Of a stretch of 64,000 bases of DNA, positions 19,795 through 29,314 are shown one piece after another. Position numbers and translations under genes: made by a program. Position 1 is the stretch's first letter. Every line of letters begins with the position of its first letter. Location: the NCBI GenBank assembly GCA_017515985.1, contig JAFWDV010000009.1:46832-110831 (forward strand), written 5' to 3'. The DNA comes from Clostridia bacterium (GTDB lineage Bacteria > Bacillota > Clostridia > TANB77 > CAG-508). Below the pieces are notes generated by a model. The model was not told where the DNA came from. It made no database searches and saw nothing but the letters and a program-made list of their open reading frames with translations.

Positions 19795-20760
19795 CTAATT
19801 TAATTCTAAACTATCTCCAGCCATTTTCTTTTTTGCTTTTTTATATAGCTCTCCATCTTTTTTTGATAATTTAATTTTTTCAATTTCATTTTCAGTGCAG
19901 ATTGTATACTCTGAATATCCTTTATTAATTATTGGATGTCTTAGAATTCTATTTTGAGCCCTGTTAACGCTTTGTTTTGAAAAGGCTATATATGAAAATT
20001 TTTCATCTTCATACGGCGCTACTCCATCTTTTAACATCTTATGAACTTTACTTCTTTGTATTCTACATGAAAACTGGCACCAATCATTATCTTCTAACTT
20101 GCATTCATTTTCATGTGGACAAGGTGCGATTATATGTGCATTTTTACTAAGCAAATACGTCCTTATTGTTTTAATATTTGAAAATTCCTTTGGTGTACCT
20201 GGTTCAACTATAATCAAAATCTGTTTTGTTGCATTCCATATTTGGTCTAATACGCCTTCAATACTTTCTTTGGGAAGTTCATTTATCATATATGAAGAAA
20301 TAACCAAATCATATTGATTCGCAACACCGTCTGCTATTATATCAAATTTCTTCCACTTTGTACAACTAGATAATTCAGATTCTTCCATTAATTCTGAACC
20401 AATCTTAATCATCTCGTCTTCGCGCTCTAAACATGTATAATCTTTGCAACCTATATTATCATGCACAGCCCACGTCGCAGCACCTGTTCCAGCACCAACA
20501 TCTAACACTGTGTCAATATTAAAACTGTTTGTTGCAGTAACATGCTTAAAAACACTTGAAACAGATTCATATGTAGCTGGCATTCTAGAAAGAGCATACG
20601 CTATTGCTTCATTTTGCTTAGTTACAAGCCTCTTGCCATCATTGTCATTGGCTCTATATTTTAGGCTAATACCTTTTGCATTTTTATCTATTTCTTTAAT
20701 ACCAGATCCTTTCGCTAACAGCTTCTCTAGATTACTTGTTAATGTATTTGAAAACACCAT
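19795..20760 (-). CDS. SAM-dependent methyltransferase (Rsm22/COG5459-like) with C-terminal Cys cluster
   Basis: 321 aa; VLDVGAGTGAATWA motif I; CPHENECKLEDNDWCQFSC cluster. Confidence 0.5.
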   Translation of the reverse strand: MVFSNTLTSNLEKLLAKGSGIKEIDKNAKGISLKYRANDNDGKRLVTKQNEAIAYALSRMPATYESVSSVFKHVTATNSFNIDTVLDVGAGTGAATWAVHDNIGCKDYTCLEREDEMIKIGSELMEESELSSCTKWKKFDIIADGVANQYDLVISSYMINELPKESIEGVLDQIWNATKQILIIVEPGTPKEFSNIKTIRTYLLSKNAHIIAPCPHENECKLEDNDWCQFSCRIQRSKVHKMLKDGVAPYEDEKFSYIAFSKQSVNRAQNRILRHPIINKGYSEYTICTENEIEKIKLSKKDGELYKKAKKKMAGDSLELN

Positions 20761-20929
20761 CCAATTCTCCTTTTCGATTTTATCACATCTATTACATTTA
20801 AATCAATTTTTTTGTAACATAAACTATATAATATTTTACCATAAAGTCATATTTTATAGTATAAAAAATACTTAAAATATTAATTTCTTAATATTTTAAG
20901 TATTTTTCTTTTATGAAATTCTCTCAAAC

Positions 20930-21217
20930 TTAAATTTTATACCAGTCTGGAACCATAAATAGGTCTGTTCCTATAACACCTAATACTATGTATAAAACTA
21001 ATGTTATTAATATGCTTATGATACCTGTTATTAAACCTGCAACTCCAAGTTTATTTTTCTTTTCAAATATTACGCTTAGAATACCAAATAAGATTGATAA
21101 TAAGCCAAAAATAACAGATATTATTATAAAGCACATTGTTGTTATTGACAAAATTCCTAATACTAAAGAAGTAATTCCTAAAGCAACTCTATTATTGCTT
21201 GGTACATTATTTTCCAT
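20930..21217 (-). CDS. small polytopic membrane protein (DUF4190-like)
   Basis: 95 aa, three hydrophobic helices. Confidence 0.4.
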   Translation of the reverse strand: MENNVPSNNRVALGITSLVLGILSITTMCFIIISVIFGLLSILFGILSVIFEKKNKLGVAGLITGIISILITLVLYIVLGVIGTDLFMVPDWYKI

Positions 21218-21296
21218 AATAAAATCCTCCTTTTCTTTAAGTATCTGACCATATTATACTAAATTTTGGGATGAACTGTCAAATTGTTACAAATTT

Positions 21297-22238
21297 CTAT
21301 GCATTTACAGCAAGTTTTGCAAGCTTTATTGCATCTTCCTCAGTCTCTGCAACACATATAAACCCTGCATTATGACAAAATGTAGCTGTTTTAACACCTG
21401 TCACTTCTTGGAGTTCTTCATTTCTTAAGCCTGCCCAGGCTTCTGGCAATTTTTTTCTATTTTCAAAGCTTCCTAAAACCTTTGGGATTGCCCTTACATT
21501 GTAACCATTTCTATTTGACTTAAATACAGCATAAAGTATAGTTTGAGCTTTTGGATTTTTTGACTCAAGCACAAACTCCTGATATGGCATGTATCTATCC
21601 AATATTAAAATTCCGTTTTCAGACTTTTCAATTGCCTGCTCTACTAAGTCTTTTGCACTGCATTTTGCAATTACAGATTCTATTTTATTATTAAATACTG
21701 CTTTTGCAATACTTATGGCCTCCATAAATTTTATGTCTGAATCAATATCTTCGTTCCATCTAGGATTAAAGCCTTCAATAACATCCGACAAAGTTTCTAT
21801 TTTTATACTAATATTTTCAAAAGGAATCTGACCATTATCTCCAGCATCAATGAATTGTACAAAATTCTTATCAAACATATCGTAGCAATCTTCAATGTTT
21901 TCAGCATTTATCTTTTTTAGATATTCCATACCATATTCTTTCCATAAAAGGCCAAACGCCGCATACCTTATTCCTGATGCTCTTTCGCCATTACCACCTA
22001 TTTGATGGTGATCAAATTTTCCACCACCTATATCGAAAACAACTTTACCTTCAAGGTTATAACCATCTACTTCAGGTAACCTAATAATATCAACATCTTC
22101 AAATATTTTTTCCAATAAAATAGCTCCAAAAATTTCATCTGCATGAAATTTTCCTCCATGTGTAACAAATTTAGCTTTATCAAAATCTTTTACGACATTT
22201 ATCATAATAAAACCCTTCCCTTTCCTACTTTGCCTCAA
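21297..22238 (-). CDS. MYG1/UPF0160 family metal-dependent hydrolase
   Basis: 313 aa; THGGKFHADEIFGAILL and DIGGGKFDHHQ motifs. Confidence 0.7.
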   Translation of the reverse strand: MRQSRKGKGFIMINVVKDFDKAKFVTHGGKFHADEIFGAILLEKIFEDVDIIRLPEVDGYNLEGKVVFDIGGGKFDHHQIGGNGERASGIRYAAFGLLWKEYGMEYLKKINAENIEDCYDMFDKNFVQFIDAGDNGQIPFENISIKIETLSDVIEGFNPRWNEDIDSDIKFMEAISIAKAVFNNKIESVIAKCSAKDLVEQAIEKSENGILILDRYMPYQEFVLESKNPKAQTILYAVFKSNRNGYNVRAIPKVLGSFENRKKLPEAWAGLRNEELQEVTGVKTATFCHNAGFICVAETEEDAIKLAKLAVNA

Positions 22239-22284
22239 TAATAACGTATATAAAAAAAAGTGTCAATCCTTGTAAAAATAATCG

Positions 22285-22313
22285 TTGACTTATTCAAATT
22301 CATAAATTATAAT
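22285..22313 (+). promoter_or_regulatory. sigma-A-type promoter (TTGACT-17-TATAAT)
   Basis: consensus-like -35/-10 with 17-nt spacer about 25 nt upstream of RBS AAAGGAGG of 22339..23604. Confidence 0.4.
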
Positions 22314-22338
22314 CGCATTATACAAAGGAGGTGTTGCT

Positions 22339-23604
22339 ATGGCAAACGAAGACGTAGAAAACACAAAGCAAATAAATAAGAAAAAAGTAATATTATTTGC
22401 ACTAATCCTACTACTATTAATATTTTTAGTATCAAGGCTATTTTCAAAGTCAGTAAAAATTGCACTTGAAGGCTCTGATACGATGGATGTTGAATATGGT
22501 ACAACTTTTTCAGACCCTTCAGTGAAAGCTACATATGGGAAAAAGGATATATCTGATACAGTAGAAGTATCTGGAAACGTTGATACATCAAAGGTAGGAA
22601 CTTATACGTTAACATATACAGCAAAACATAAGAAAAAAACACAATCTGTCACAAGAACTATAAATGTAACAGATTCAGTTCCGCCAGAAATAAAATTAAA
22701 CGGCGACGAAGAGATAAATATTGCTCAAGGTTCAAAATATCAAGAGCTAGGGTGTATAGCAACTGATAAGTACGATGGAGATATTACTACAAAAATTAGT
22801 ATTGAAAATCCCGTTAAAACATCAGAAAAAGGCTCTTACACAGTAAAATATACAGTAAAAGATTCATCAGGAAATACTGCAACAGCACAAAGAAAAGTTA
22901 ATGTTGTTGAGTCTGGATCAAAAAATATTTCAACAGCAAAGGCTGCAGGACTACCTGTACTTATGTACCATTTCTTTTATGATAAAACAACTGGTGATAC
23001 AGGAAAAGATGGAAATTGCATGGAAATACATGATTTCGAGGATCAGCTAAAATATTTAACAGAAAACAAATATTATTTCCCAACTTGGGAAGAAGTTGAA
23101 AACTATGTGAAAGGAACTTCATGCCTACCAGAGCACAGCGTAGTAATAACTGTAGACGACGGAAATGAGACATTTTTTGACTTGGCTGTTCCTGTAATTA
23201 ATAAATATGATGTTAAAGTTACATCATTTGTTGTTACTTCATGGATTGAGAATAAAGAATATTTAAATAAATTTGATAGGAACAAAATTATTTTTCAGTC
23301 ACATTCAAACGATATGCATAAATCAGGTTCAAATGGAAAAGGTACATTCTTAACAATGTCTGAGGAAGATGCTTTAGCAGATTTAAAAGCATCTAAAGAA
23401 TTCATTGGAAATGCAACAGTATTTTGTTATCCATTCGGAGATCAAAATGAAAACTGTCAAAAAACATTAGAAAAAGCCGGTTACAATATGGCATTTACAA
23501 CGGCATATGGTAGAGTTAGACCAGGTGATAATCCATACGCACTTAGCAGAATTAGAATGACAAAAGGAGATTCTTTGACATCATTTACAAAAAGAGTTAG
23601 TTAA
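22339..23604 (+). CDS. membrane-anchored polysaccharide (peptidoglycan) deacetylase with two Ig-like domains
   Basis: 421 aa; N-terminal TM; Ig-like repeats (TYTLTYTAKH..., SYTVKYTVKDSSGNTA...); NodB-homology region PVLMYHFF ... VVITVDDGNETFFD ... QSHSNDMH. Confidence 0.7.
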   Translation: MANEDVENTKQINKKKVILFALILLLLIFLVSRLFSKSVKIALEGSDTMDVEYGTTFSDPSVKATYGKKDISDTVEVSGNVDTSKVGTYTLTYTAKHKKKTQSVTRTINVTDSVPPEIKLNGDEEINIAQGSKYQELGCIATDKYDGDITTKISIENPVKTSEKGSYTVKYTVKDSSGNTATAQRKVNVVESGSKNISTAKAAGLPVLMYHFFYDKTTGDTGKDGNCMEIHDFEDQLKYLTENKYYFPTWEEVENYVKGTSCLPEHSVVITVDDGNETFFDLAVPVINKYDVKVTSFVVTSWIENKEYLNKFDRNKIIFQSHSNDMHKSGSNGKGTFLTMSEEDALADLKASKEFIGNATVFCYPFGDQNENCQKTLEKAGYNMAFTTAYGRVRPGDNPYALSRIRMTKGDSLTSFTKRVS

Positions 23605-23619
23605 AATAAGAACAAAAAA

Positions 23620-23639
23620 AATCACGCTAAACAGCGTGA
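23620..23639. terminator. bidirectional terminator between deacetylase gene (+) and rny (-)
   Basis: tcacgct-aaac-agcgtga hairpin flanked by A8 and T-tract. Confidence 0.55.
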
Positions 23640-23680
23640 TTTTTTATTTTTTCGGTTTGGATTTTTTTCCTCCGTCCCCA

Positions 23681-25225
23681 TTATTTTGCATAATCTATTG
23701 CTCTAGACTCTCTTATTACATTTACCTTAATTTGTCCTGGATATTCCATTTCGTCTTCAATACGTTTTGCAATATCTCTAGACATAACGATCATTTGATC
23801 ATCAGATACTTTTTCTGGTTTTACTAAAACTCTTATTTCTCTACCTGCTTGAATAGCAAATGATTTTTCTACACCTTCGAAAGAATCTGCAATTCCTTCT
23901 AGGTTTTGTAGACGTTTAATGTAATTTTCCAAAGTTTCTCTTCTAGCACCAGGTCTTGATGCTGAAATTGCATCTGCAGCCTGAACTAAAATAGCTTCAA
24001 TACTTTGTGGTTCGACATCCCCATGATGTGCTTCAACTGCGTTAATTACTACTGGAGTTTCTTTATACTTCTTAAGAACTTCCACACCTATTTCAACGTG
24101 TGTTCCTTCCATATCATGATCTAAAGCCTTTCCAATATCATGTAATAATCCTGCTCTTCTTGCTACTTTTGTATCTAAACCTAGTTCATCAGCCATAATT
24201 CTTGCTAAATTTGAAACCTCTATAGAGTGATTTAAAACATTTTGTCCGTAGCTTGTTCTATACTTTAATTTTCCTAATAATTTGACTAAATCAGGATGGA
24301 GACCGATAACTCCAGCTTCCATAACAGCTCTCTCACCTTCTTCTTTGATGATTGCTGATACTTCTTCTTTTGCCTTTTCAACCATTTCCTCAATTTTGGC
24401 AGGATGGATTCTACCATCATCAAGTAATTTTTCTAAGGCTATTTTTGCCACTTCACGTCTTAGTGGATCGAAACCTGAAATAACAACTGCTTCTGGAGTG
24501 TCATCTATTATTAGATCAATTCCAGTAAGTGTTTCCAAAGTTTTAATGTTTCTACCCTCTCTACCAATGATTCTACCTTTCATATCATCATTTGGTAATG
24601 ATACTATCGATACTGTTGTTTCAGAAGTATGATCTGCAGCACATTTTTGTATTGCATAACCAATAACTTCTTGTGCATTTTTCTGAGCTTTTTCTCTAGC
24701 TTCCTCATCTAATTTTCTGATGATATCAGCTTTCTCAGTTACGATAGATTTTTCAACTTCTGCAAGTAAATATTGCTTAGCTTCATCTACAGATAATCTT
24801 GAAATTCTTTGCAATTCCTCTGTTTGTTTTGCAATAATATCTTCAATTTCAGTACGTTTTGCTTCAACTTCACTATCTTTTTTCTGTAAATTTTGCTCTC
24901 TTTGCTCTAATTGCTCTAGTTTATTTTCTAAATTTTCTTCTTTTTGCAAGATTCTTCTTTCTTGCAATTGTACTTCGCTTCTTCTTTCTTTAATCTCATC
25001 ATCTAACTCTTTTCTTGAATTCATTATTTCTTCTTTAGCTTTAAAAATTTCTTCTTTTTTCTTCGTTTCAGCTTCTTTTTTAGCAGATTCTAATATTCTC
25101 TTAGCTTCTGCTTCAGCGCCTTCTAGTTTAGATTCAGCAATTTTTTTTCTTACTACAAATCCAATAAAGAAAAAGACAACTGCAGAGATTAGAAAGATAG
25201 CGATATCGATTATTATACTTGGCAC
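23681..25225 (-). CDS. rny: ribonuclease Y
   Basis: 514 aa; N-terminal TM, coiled coil, KH domain ([11 protein letters not shown]), HD domain (GLLHDIGK). Confidence 0.9.
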   Translation of the reverse strand: MPSIIIDIAIFLISAVVFFFIGFVVRKKIAESKLEGAEAEAKRILESAKKEAETKKKEEIFKAKEEIMNSRKELDDEIKERRSEVQLQERRILQKEENLENKLEQLEQREQNLQKKDSEVEAKRTEIEDIIAKQTEELQRISRLSVDEAKQYLLAEVEKSIVTEKADIIRKLDEEAREKAQKNAQEVIGYAIQKCAADHTSETTVSIVSLPNDDMKGRIIGREGRNIKTLETLTGIDLIIDDTPEAVVISGFDPLRREVAKIALEKLLDDGRIHPAKIEEMVEKAKEEVSAIIKEEGERAVMEAGVIGLHPDLVKLLGKLKYRTSYGQNVLNHSIEVSNLARIMADELGLDTKVARRAGLLHDIGKALDHDMEGTHVEIGVEVLKKYKETPVVINAVEAHHGDVEPQSIEAILVQAADAISASRPGARRETLENYIKRLQNLEGIADSFEGVEKSFAIQAGREIRVLVKPEKVSDDQMIVMSRDIAKRIEDEMEYPGQIKVNVIRESRAIDYAK

Positions 25226-25394
25226 AATCTAACACCTCTTTCTATTAATTTTTCAATGTACAGTTTAAATATATAATCTATTATTTCTAATTTTAAATAT
25301 ATTTCTACTAACAACCATATTGTATATTTATAACTGTAAACTGTCAAGGGATTTTTTATTTAAATTTGGAGAATAAAATTTTTTTACATAAATA

Positions 25395-25424
25395 GCGGGA
25401 GCAACACATCTGTGTTGCTCCCGC
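25395..25424 (-). terminator. GC-rich hairpin terminator of the GC-rich mini-gene
   Basis: perfect 12-bp stem gcgggagcaaca / tgttgctcccgc, 6-nt loop; U-rich downstream on minus strand. Confidence 0.5.
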
Positions 25425-25431
25425 ATGTGCC

Positions 25432-25683
25432 CTATTTGAAATAGACAACGTACTGCCATATTTGCATAGAAGCACATCCCCTGTTTATGAGTGCAACCTC
25501 AAACCCTCTACCAAGCAGTTCTTCAACAAGAGCAGGTTCAATATTCCAAAAGTATACACCGCCCTGATTGTTTTTCATAGCCTGGTTGATTTTCCGGTTG
25601 ATCCACCATAAACGGAGTTTCTGCATCAGAGAAAGACGATGCTCGCGATAATTTGCTTTTTCCATTTTTTCCCTTTCTGCCAT
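25432..25683 (-). CDS. small hypothetical protein encoded in a GC-rich islet (likely starts at second ATG, 25665)
   Basis: 83 aa (77 from second ATG, which has RBS AAAGGGA); about 43% GC with CGC/CGT/CTG codons atypical for the host; own promoter and terminator. Confidence 0.45.
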   Translation of the reverse strand: MAEREKMEKANYREHRLSLMQKLRLWWINRKINQAMKNNQGGVYFWNIEPALVEELLGRGFEVALINRGCASMQIWQYVVYFK

Positions 25684-25717
25684 TTTGGCGAGCTAAAGTG
25701 TTTAGACTTACATTTAC

Positions 25718-25746
25718 ATTATACCATGTTTGACATAATTTTTCAA
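25718..25746 (-). promoter_or_regulatory. sigma-A promoter with extended -10 (TTGAAA-17-TGgTATAAT) for 25432..25683
   Basis: read on minus strand: TTGAAAaattatgtcaaacaTGGTATAAT. Confidence 0.45.
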
Positions 25747-25784
25747 ATTTAACTAATCCCTTATTTAAACGACAGAAAAGGAGC

Positions 25785-25811
25785 AGTATTACTGCCCCTT
25801 TTCTGTTGCCA
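25785..25811 (-). terminator. hairpin terminator after the 42-aa basic mini-gene
   Basis: minus-strand GGGGCAG-uaaua-CUGCUCC followed by UUUUCUG. Confidence 0.4.
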
Positions 25812-25940
25812 TTAGCCCTTGGATTTCTTTTTTCCACCCTTGGACTTCGGCTGCCCAGCATTTGTCTTTCTGGCTGCCTTTCTGGCTGCATCCCGTTCCT
25901 CCGCCTTCCGGCGGGCTTCAGTCCGCTTGTCCTTACGCAT
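25812..25940 (-). CDS. 42-aa highly basic mini-protein (MRKDKRTEARRKAEERDAARKAARKTNAGQPKSKGGKKKSKG)
   Basis: not in ORF track (<60 aa); RBS AAAGGAGGAG 6 nt upstream; upstream TTGACG-17-TATTAT promoter (about 25975-26005); own terminator; about 57% GC with CGG/CGC/AAG codons. Confidence 0.4.
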   Translation of the reverse strand: MRKDKRTEARRKAEERDAARKAARKTNAGQPKSKGGKKKSKG

Positions 25941-26062
25941 AGGAACTCCTCCTTTAATTAAGATGAAACTATAATACCATGCTTAGTTCTATGCGTCAAT
26001 AAATTATGATAAGTTTTAACGTTAATTTTTTTATAAAGTTATCTTTTAAAATAAAACAAAAA

Positions 26063-26150
26063 TGGCGCAGTCTAGAGGATTCGAACCCCCGAAGGTGTTA
26101 CCCTTACTTGTTTTCGAAACAAGCGCATTCAACCACTCTGCCAAGACTGC
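26063..26150 (-). tRNA. tRNA-Ser (anticodon CGA)
   Basis: 88 nt; acceptor GCAGUCU/AGACUGC, long variable arm, anticodon loop UUCGAAA, T-loop UUCGAAU, encoded CCA. Confidence 0.8.
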
Positions 26151-26288
26151 GTTTTTATATAAGTCAGATTTTACACTTTATTTTTTATTTTTTCAAGAGA
26201 AATTTTGGGGACGGAGGAAAAATTTTCCGATAAGGATTTTCTCCGTTTTTCGTTTGCAGAATTTTTTTCTCCGTCTCTAAAATTTCTT

Positions 26289-27272
26289 CTACAATAGCTC
26301 TTTCCTTAGCTCTTCACCGCTCTTTTTTGATAAATATGCAGGAGGAACATCTAAAACTGTTTTAGCACCGTATTTTCCTTCTTCATTTAATCTATAAGTT
26401 GCTCTTGCTAAAGCAATCAAAACGGAAGCAGTAAATTCAGGGTTTGAGTCTAGCTTTAAAGAATATTCTATAACATCCTTATTTCCATTACCAGTTTCTC
26501 CACTATGAATTACAAAACCTCCATGTGCCATCTTAGAGTGATTAGCTCTTAGCTCTTCTTCACTTATAAAATGCACCGTAGTATCATAATCACTAAAATA
26601 ATTAGGCATTGTTTTTATCTTCGTTTCAATTTCTTTTTTATCGTATCCATCTTCTGCCACAACAAAGCACTCTCTTAAATGTTTTTGTGCTGTAGTTAAT
26701 ACTGGATTTTCTCCAGCTCTTACTTTATTCATTGCTTCTTCAATAGGAATAGTATATTGTTTTGCGTCCTTAACGCCTTCGATTCTTCTTATTGCATCTG
26801 AATGGCCTTGGCTAACGCCTTTTCCCCAAAAAGTATATGTTTTACCTTGAGATAATATGCTATCCGCATATACCCTCATTATAGAAAACATACCAGGATC
26901 CCATCCTCCAGATATAAGAGCTGTTTTATTTGCCGAAATTGCACTTTCATCAACACTGCTATAATACTCCGGTATCTTTGCATGCGTATCAAAACTATCA
27001 ACCGTATTAAACATTTTTGCAGTTGCTGGAACTTGAACAGGTAAATCTGTTGCAGATCCTCCACACATAATAACTACATCTATTTTATCTTTCCAATTTT
27101 CCATCTCATTCATACTAACAACAGGCACATTTGACACTGTTTCCAATGTTTCTGGATTTCTTCTAGTAAATATTGCTACAAGTTCCATGTCCTCGGACTT
27201 AGGAATTTCAGATTCTACGCCCTTTCCAAGATTACCATATCCACAAATTCCTACTCTAATTTTTTTACTCAT
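26289..27272 (-). CDS. ddh: meso-diaminopimelate D-dehydrogenase
   Basis: near-collinear similarity to C. glutamicum Ddh (IRVGICGYGNLGKGVE, ISGGWDPGMFSIMRVYA, FWGKGVSQGHSDAIRRI, HGGFVIHSGETG); start at MSKKIRVG. Confidence 0.85.
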   Translation of the reverse strand: MSKKIRVGICGYGNLGKGVESEIPKSEDMELVAIFTRRNPETLETVSNVPVVSMNEMENWKDKIDVVIMCGGSATDLPVQVPATAKMFNTVDSFDTHAKIPEYYSSVDESAISANKTALISGGWDPGMFSIMRVYADSILSQGKTYTFWGKGVSQGHSDAIRRIEGVKDAKQYTIPIEEAMNKVRAGENPVLTTAQKHLRECFVVAEDGYDKKEIETKIKTMPNYFSDYDTTVHFISEEELRANHSKMAHGGFVIHSGETGNGNKDVIEYSLKLDSNPEFTASVLIALARATYRLNEEGKYGAKTVLDVPPAYLSKKSGEELRKELL

Positions 27273-27412
27273 AATGCTCAAACCTCCTTCATTATGCTTA
27301 TTAATCATTCGTTATATGATTAGTTCTGAATTTATCATATATTTTTTTATATTTCAATACATATGAAAAAGATATCTAAACATTCCATCTAGATATCTTC
27401 CCATTATATTTA

Positions 27413-27856
27413 TTATTCATCACATGAATTGCATGTTTTGTCAATAATACATGATATTAAACATATTAAAGCTGTAATCATCATTACAAAGAAAAATGCA
27501 GCTAATGCTACAAATATTGTCGCCGGTATTGTAAACACAGTAACTCCAATTATCGCTGATATCGTCGTTGATAAAAATGTTCCTATAGAGCCAGCTAATA
27601 ATAGTTTTGCATATTTACAAGCACATTTATAAAAAGCATTATTACCTTTTACAACATTGGCCGTAAATAGTGAAAATATCAGTATTCCAATTGTAACTAC
27701 AGAAAATACCAATGCAATCGTTATAAAGTTTAAAGCAATCGGTATAAACCCAAAAGCAAATAAAATTCCAACAGCTACACCTGCAACTAAACTCAAAATC
27801 ACGCCAATAAATTCACACGCCGTTAAATTACTTTTTTTACATCCACAATTTTCCAT
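27413..27856 (-). CDS. polytopic membrane protein with Cys-rich termini
   Basis: 147 aa; four hydrophobic helices; CGCKK / CNSCDE ends. Confidence 0.4.
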   Translation of the reverse strand: MENCGCKKSNLTACEFIGVILSLVAGVAVGILFAFGFIPIALNFITIALVFSVVTIGILIFSLFTANVVKGNNAFYKCACKYAKLLLAGSIGTFLSTTISAIIGVTVFTIPATIFVALAAFFFVMMITALICLISCIIDKTCNSCDE

Positions 27857-27876
27857 ATAAATCCTCCTTTATCCAG

Positions 27877-27907
27877 TATATAAATGACTAAAATCGTCAT
27901 TTATATA
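27877..27907. promoter_or_regulatory. perfect 12-bp inverted repeat TATATAAATGAC-n7-GTCATTTATATA (candidate operator)
   Basis: lies 20-50 nt upstream of start of 27413..27856, between it and the macro-domain gene. Confidence 0.3.
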
Positions 27908-28013
27908 TTATACTTTTAAATTAATATAAAGGTTACTACAGAAAAAATTATATATAGAAAAGAAGCCGGATATGGATATGCCACCCATTACCGACTTCAT
28001 TTCTTTCAGCGTG

Positions 28014-28418
28014 TTAGAGGTAGAGAACTATCTCTTTTTGGGAAGCTTCCATACCTTCCTTAATCTGGTCAAAATCTGCTCCACTGAGCACACCTATAAG
28101 ACCTGTACCAATTGCAATGGAAGCTACCGGTTCTTCTCCAGGAATAGAATCAAAGCATTTCTTGATAACCGCTGCCTGATTGACCCATCCCTTTCCAATA
28201 AGAGAATGGCAGCAAAGTGCAAAGAATTCAACCTCGCCAACCTTCTTGGAAAGAACTGTGCACAGCTCGGTTTTGCCGATGTGTGCAAGCTCCGGCCAGT
28301 ATTCGCTGGAAACTAGACCCGCAAAACCACAATCGTTTGCACCTTCTGTGTTCACAGCAAAGGCTATCCGCTTCTCCTTTCCCTGAAGAATATTGCCTGA
28401 CTTTTTAGCGATAATCAT
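28014..28418 (-). CDS. small macro-domain (ADP-ribose binding/processing) protein in a GC-rich islet
   Basis: 134 aa; IAFAVNTEGANDCGFAG (NAAN-GG box), FFALCCHSLIGKG, SIAIGTGLIGVLSGAD (SIAFPAISTG-like); about 48% GC vs about 27% flanks. Confidence 0.55.
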   Translation of the reverse strand: MIIAKKSGNILQGKEKRIAFAVNTEGANDCGFAGLVSSEYWPELAHIGKTELCTVLSKKVGEVEFFALCCHSLIGKGWVNQAAVIKKCFDSIPGEEPVASIAIGTGLIGVLSGADFDQIKEGMEASQKEIVLYL

Positions 28419-28522
28419 AGCATAACCTCCCTACTGAAATATTTTACGGTATATCGCTATGAGAACCATTTTACCATAAACTCTGTCAATTCGCAACTTA
28501 TTTTAAATCAAACGAAAAAAAG

Positions 28523-28548
28523 ACTCCAAAGAGCCTTTTTCATTTTTT
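28523..28548 (-). terminator. terminator downstream of lipoprotein gene
   Basis: minus-strand AGGCUC-uuug-GAGUCU (one G.U) followed by U7. Confidence 0.4.
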
Positions 28549-28560
28549 TATTTAGATAAT

Positions 28561-29271
28561 TTATTTTAACGCAAATGTTTGAACCATTGCATCCATTATA
28601 TGACCTAGACCCTCTAAATATTCAGTGGTATCTAAACAAGATGTAGTAATCATATAAGTAGAATCTTTTCCAGTATTTACATAGTATGTAGTTTCATATT
28701 GACCTTCAGCTCTTCTTGTAGTATATACAGCTTCATAGCCATTTACCGTTGTCTTTTTGTAGTTTGATATGCTAGATATTTTTTTGCTATATGAAACATT
28801 TTCTTTTTCAACTACAACGCAATCTATACCAACGCTGGTTTCAAACCAATCCTTATCATCATGGTGTGAAGCTTTAAAATTATCCGTAGCGTATCTAATA
28901 GTATACCCTAAAGAGCTAGAATACTCCTTAGATGGTACATTTTCTGACATTCCTTCTCTGTTTACAGTTAATTCTTTACTTGTTGTAGCCTTTTTATTTT
29001 CTGATGAACTACTGCTTGCATTATTATTAGTTGTATTATTTGCCGTAGTATTGCTACCACTTGTTTCATTTTTTGTTGTGTTTTTCGTTGTATTTTCTGT
29101 TTGTTTTGTAGTGTTTTCACTCACATTTTGAACCTGATTCTGTGTGGCATTTTCTGCTGTTTTTGTATTATCTTTTTTGCTCTCACATCCTGTTAAAACA
29201 AGCATTGCAATAACTAAGATTCCTCCTACCTTAAATACTTTTTTGTTTCTCAAAAATTCTTTAATTTTCAT
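28561..29271 (-). CDS. lipoprotein with T/N-rich linker
   Basis: start at MKIKEF; lipobox LTGC. Confidence 0.5.
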   Translation of the reverse strand: MKIKEFLRNKKVFKVGGILVIAMLVLTGCESKKDNTKTAENATQNQVQNVSENTTKQTENTTKNTTKNETSGSNTTANNTTNNNASSSSSENKKATTSKELTVNREGMSENVPSKEYSSSLGYTIRYATDNFKASHHDDKDWFETSVGIDCVVVEKENVSYSKKISSISNYKKTTVNGYEAVYTTRRAEGQYETTYYVNTGKDSTYMITTSCLDTTEYLEGLGHIMDAMVQTFALK

Positions 29272-29314
29272 ATATATCTCCATTACTTTACATTTCTATA
29301 TTAGTTTTAAATTC

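Noticed and set aside
25538-25891. 117-aa ORF (Arg/Pro/Gln-rich) in the ORF track
   Set aside because: Lies in an alternative frame across the GC-rich islet and overlaps two better-supported mini-genes with their own promoters, RBSs and terminators. Its composition is a GC-content artefact.
25395-26150. Possible tRNA-Ser-integrated genomic island
   Set aside because: No integrase or recombinase and no direct repeat of the tRNA 3' end at the far boundary. The block is only about 0.5 kb, so it is reported as a compositional islet rather than a mobile element.
27972-28316. 114-aa plus-strand ORF and other short antisense ORFs (173..439, 2958..3236, 4062..4427, 20444..20875, 24720..25232, 30154..30468 etc.)
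   Set aside because: All are embedded antisense within longer, well-supported minus-strand genes. They lack RBSs and have low-complexity translations.
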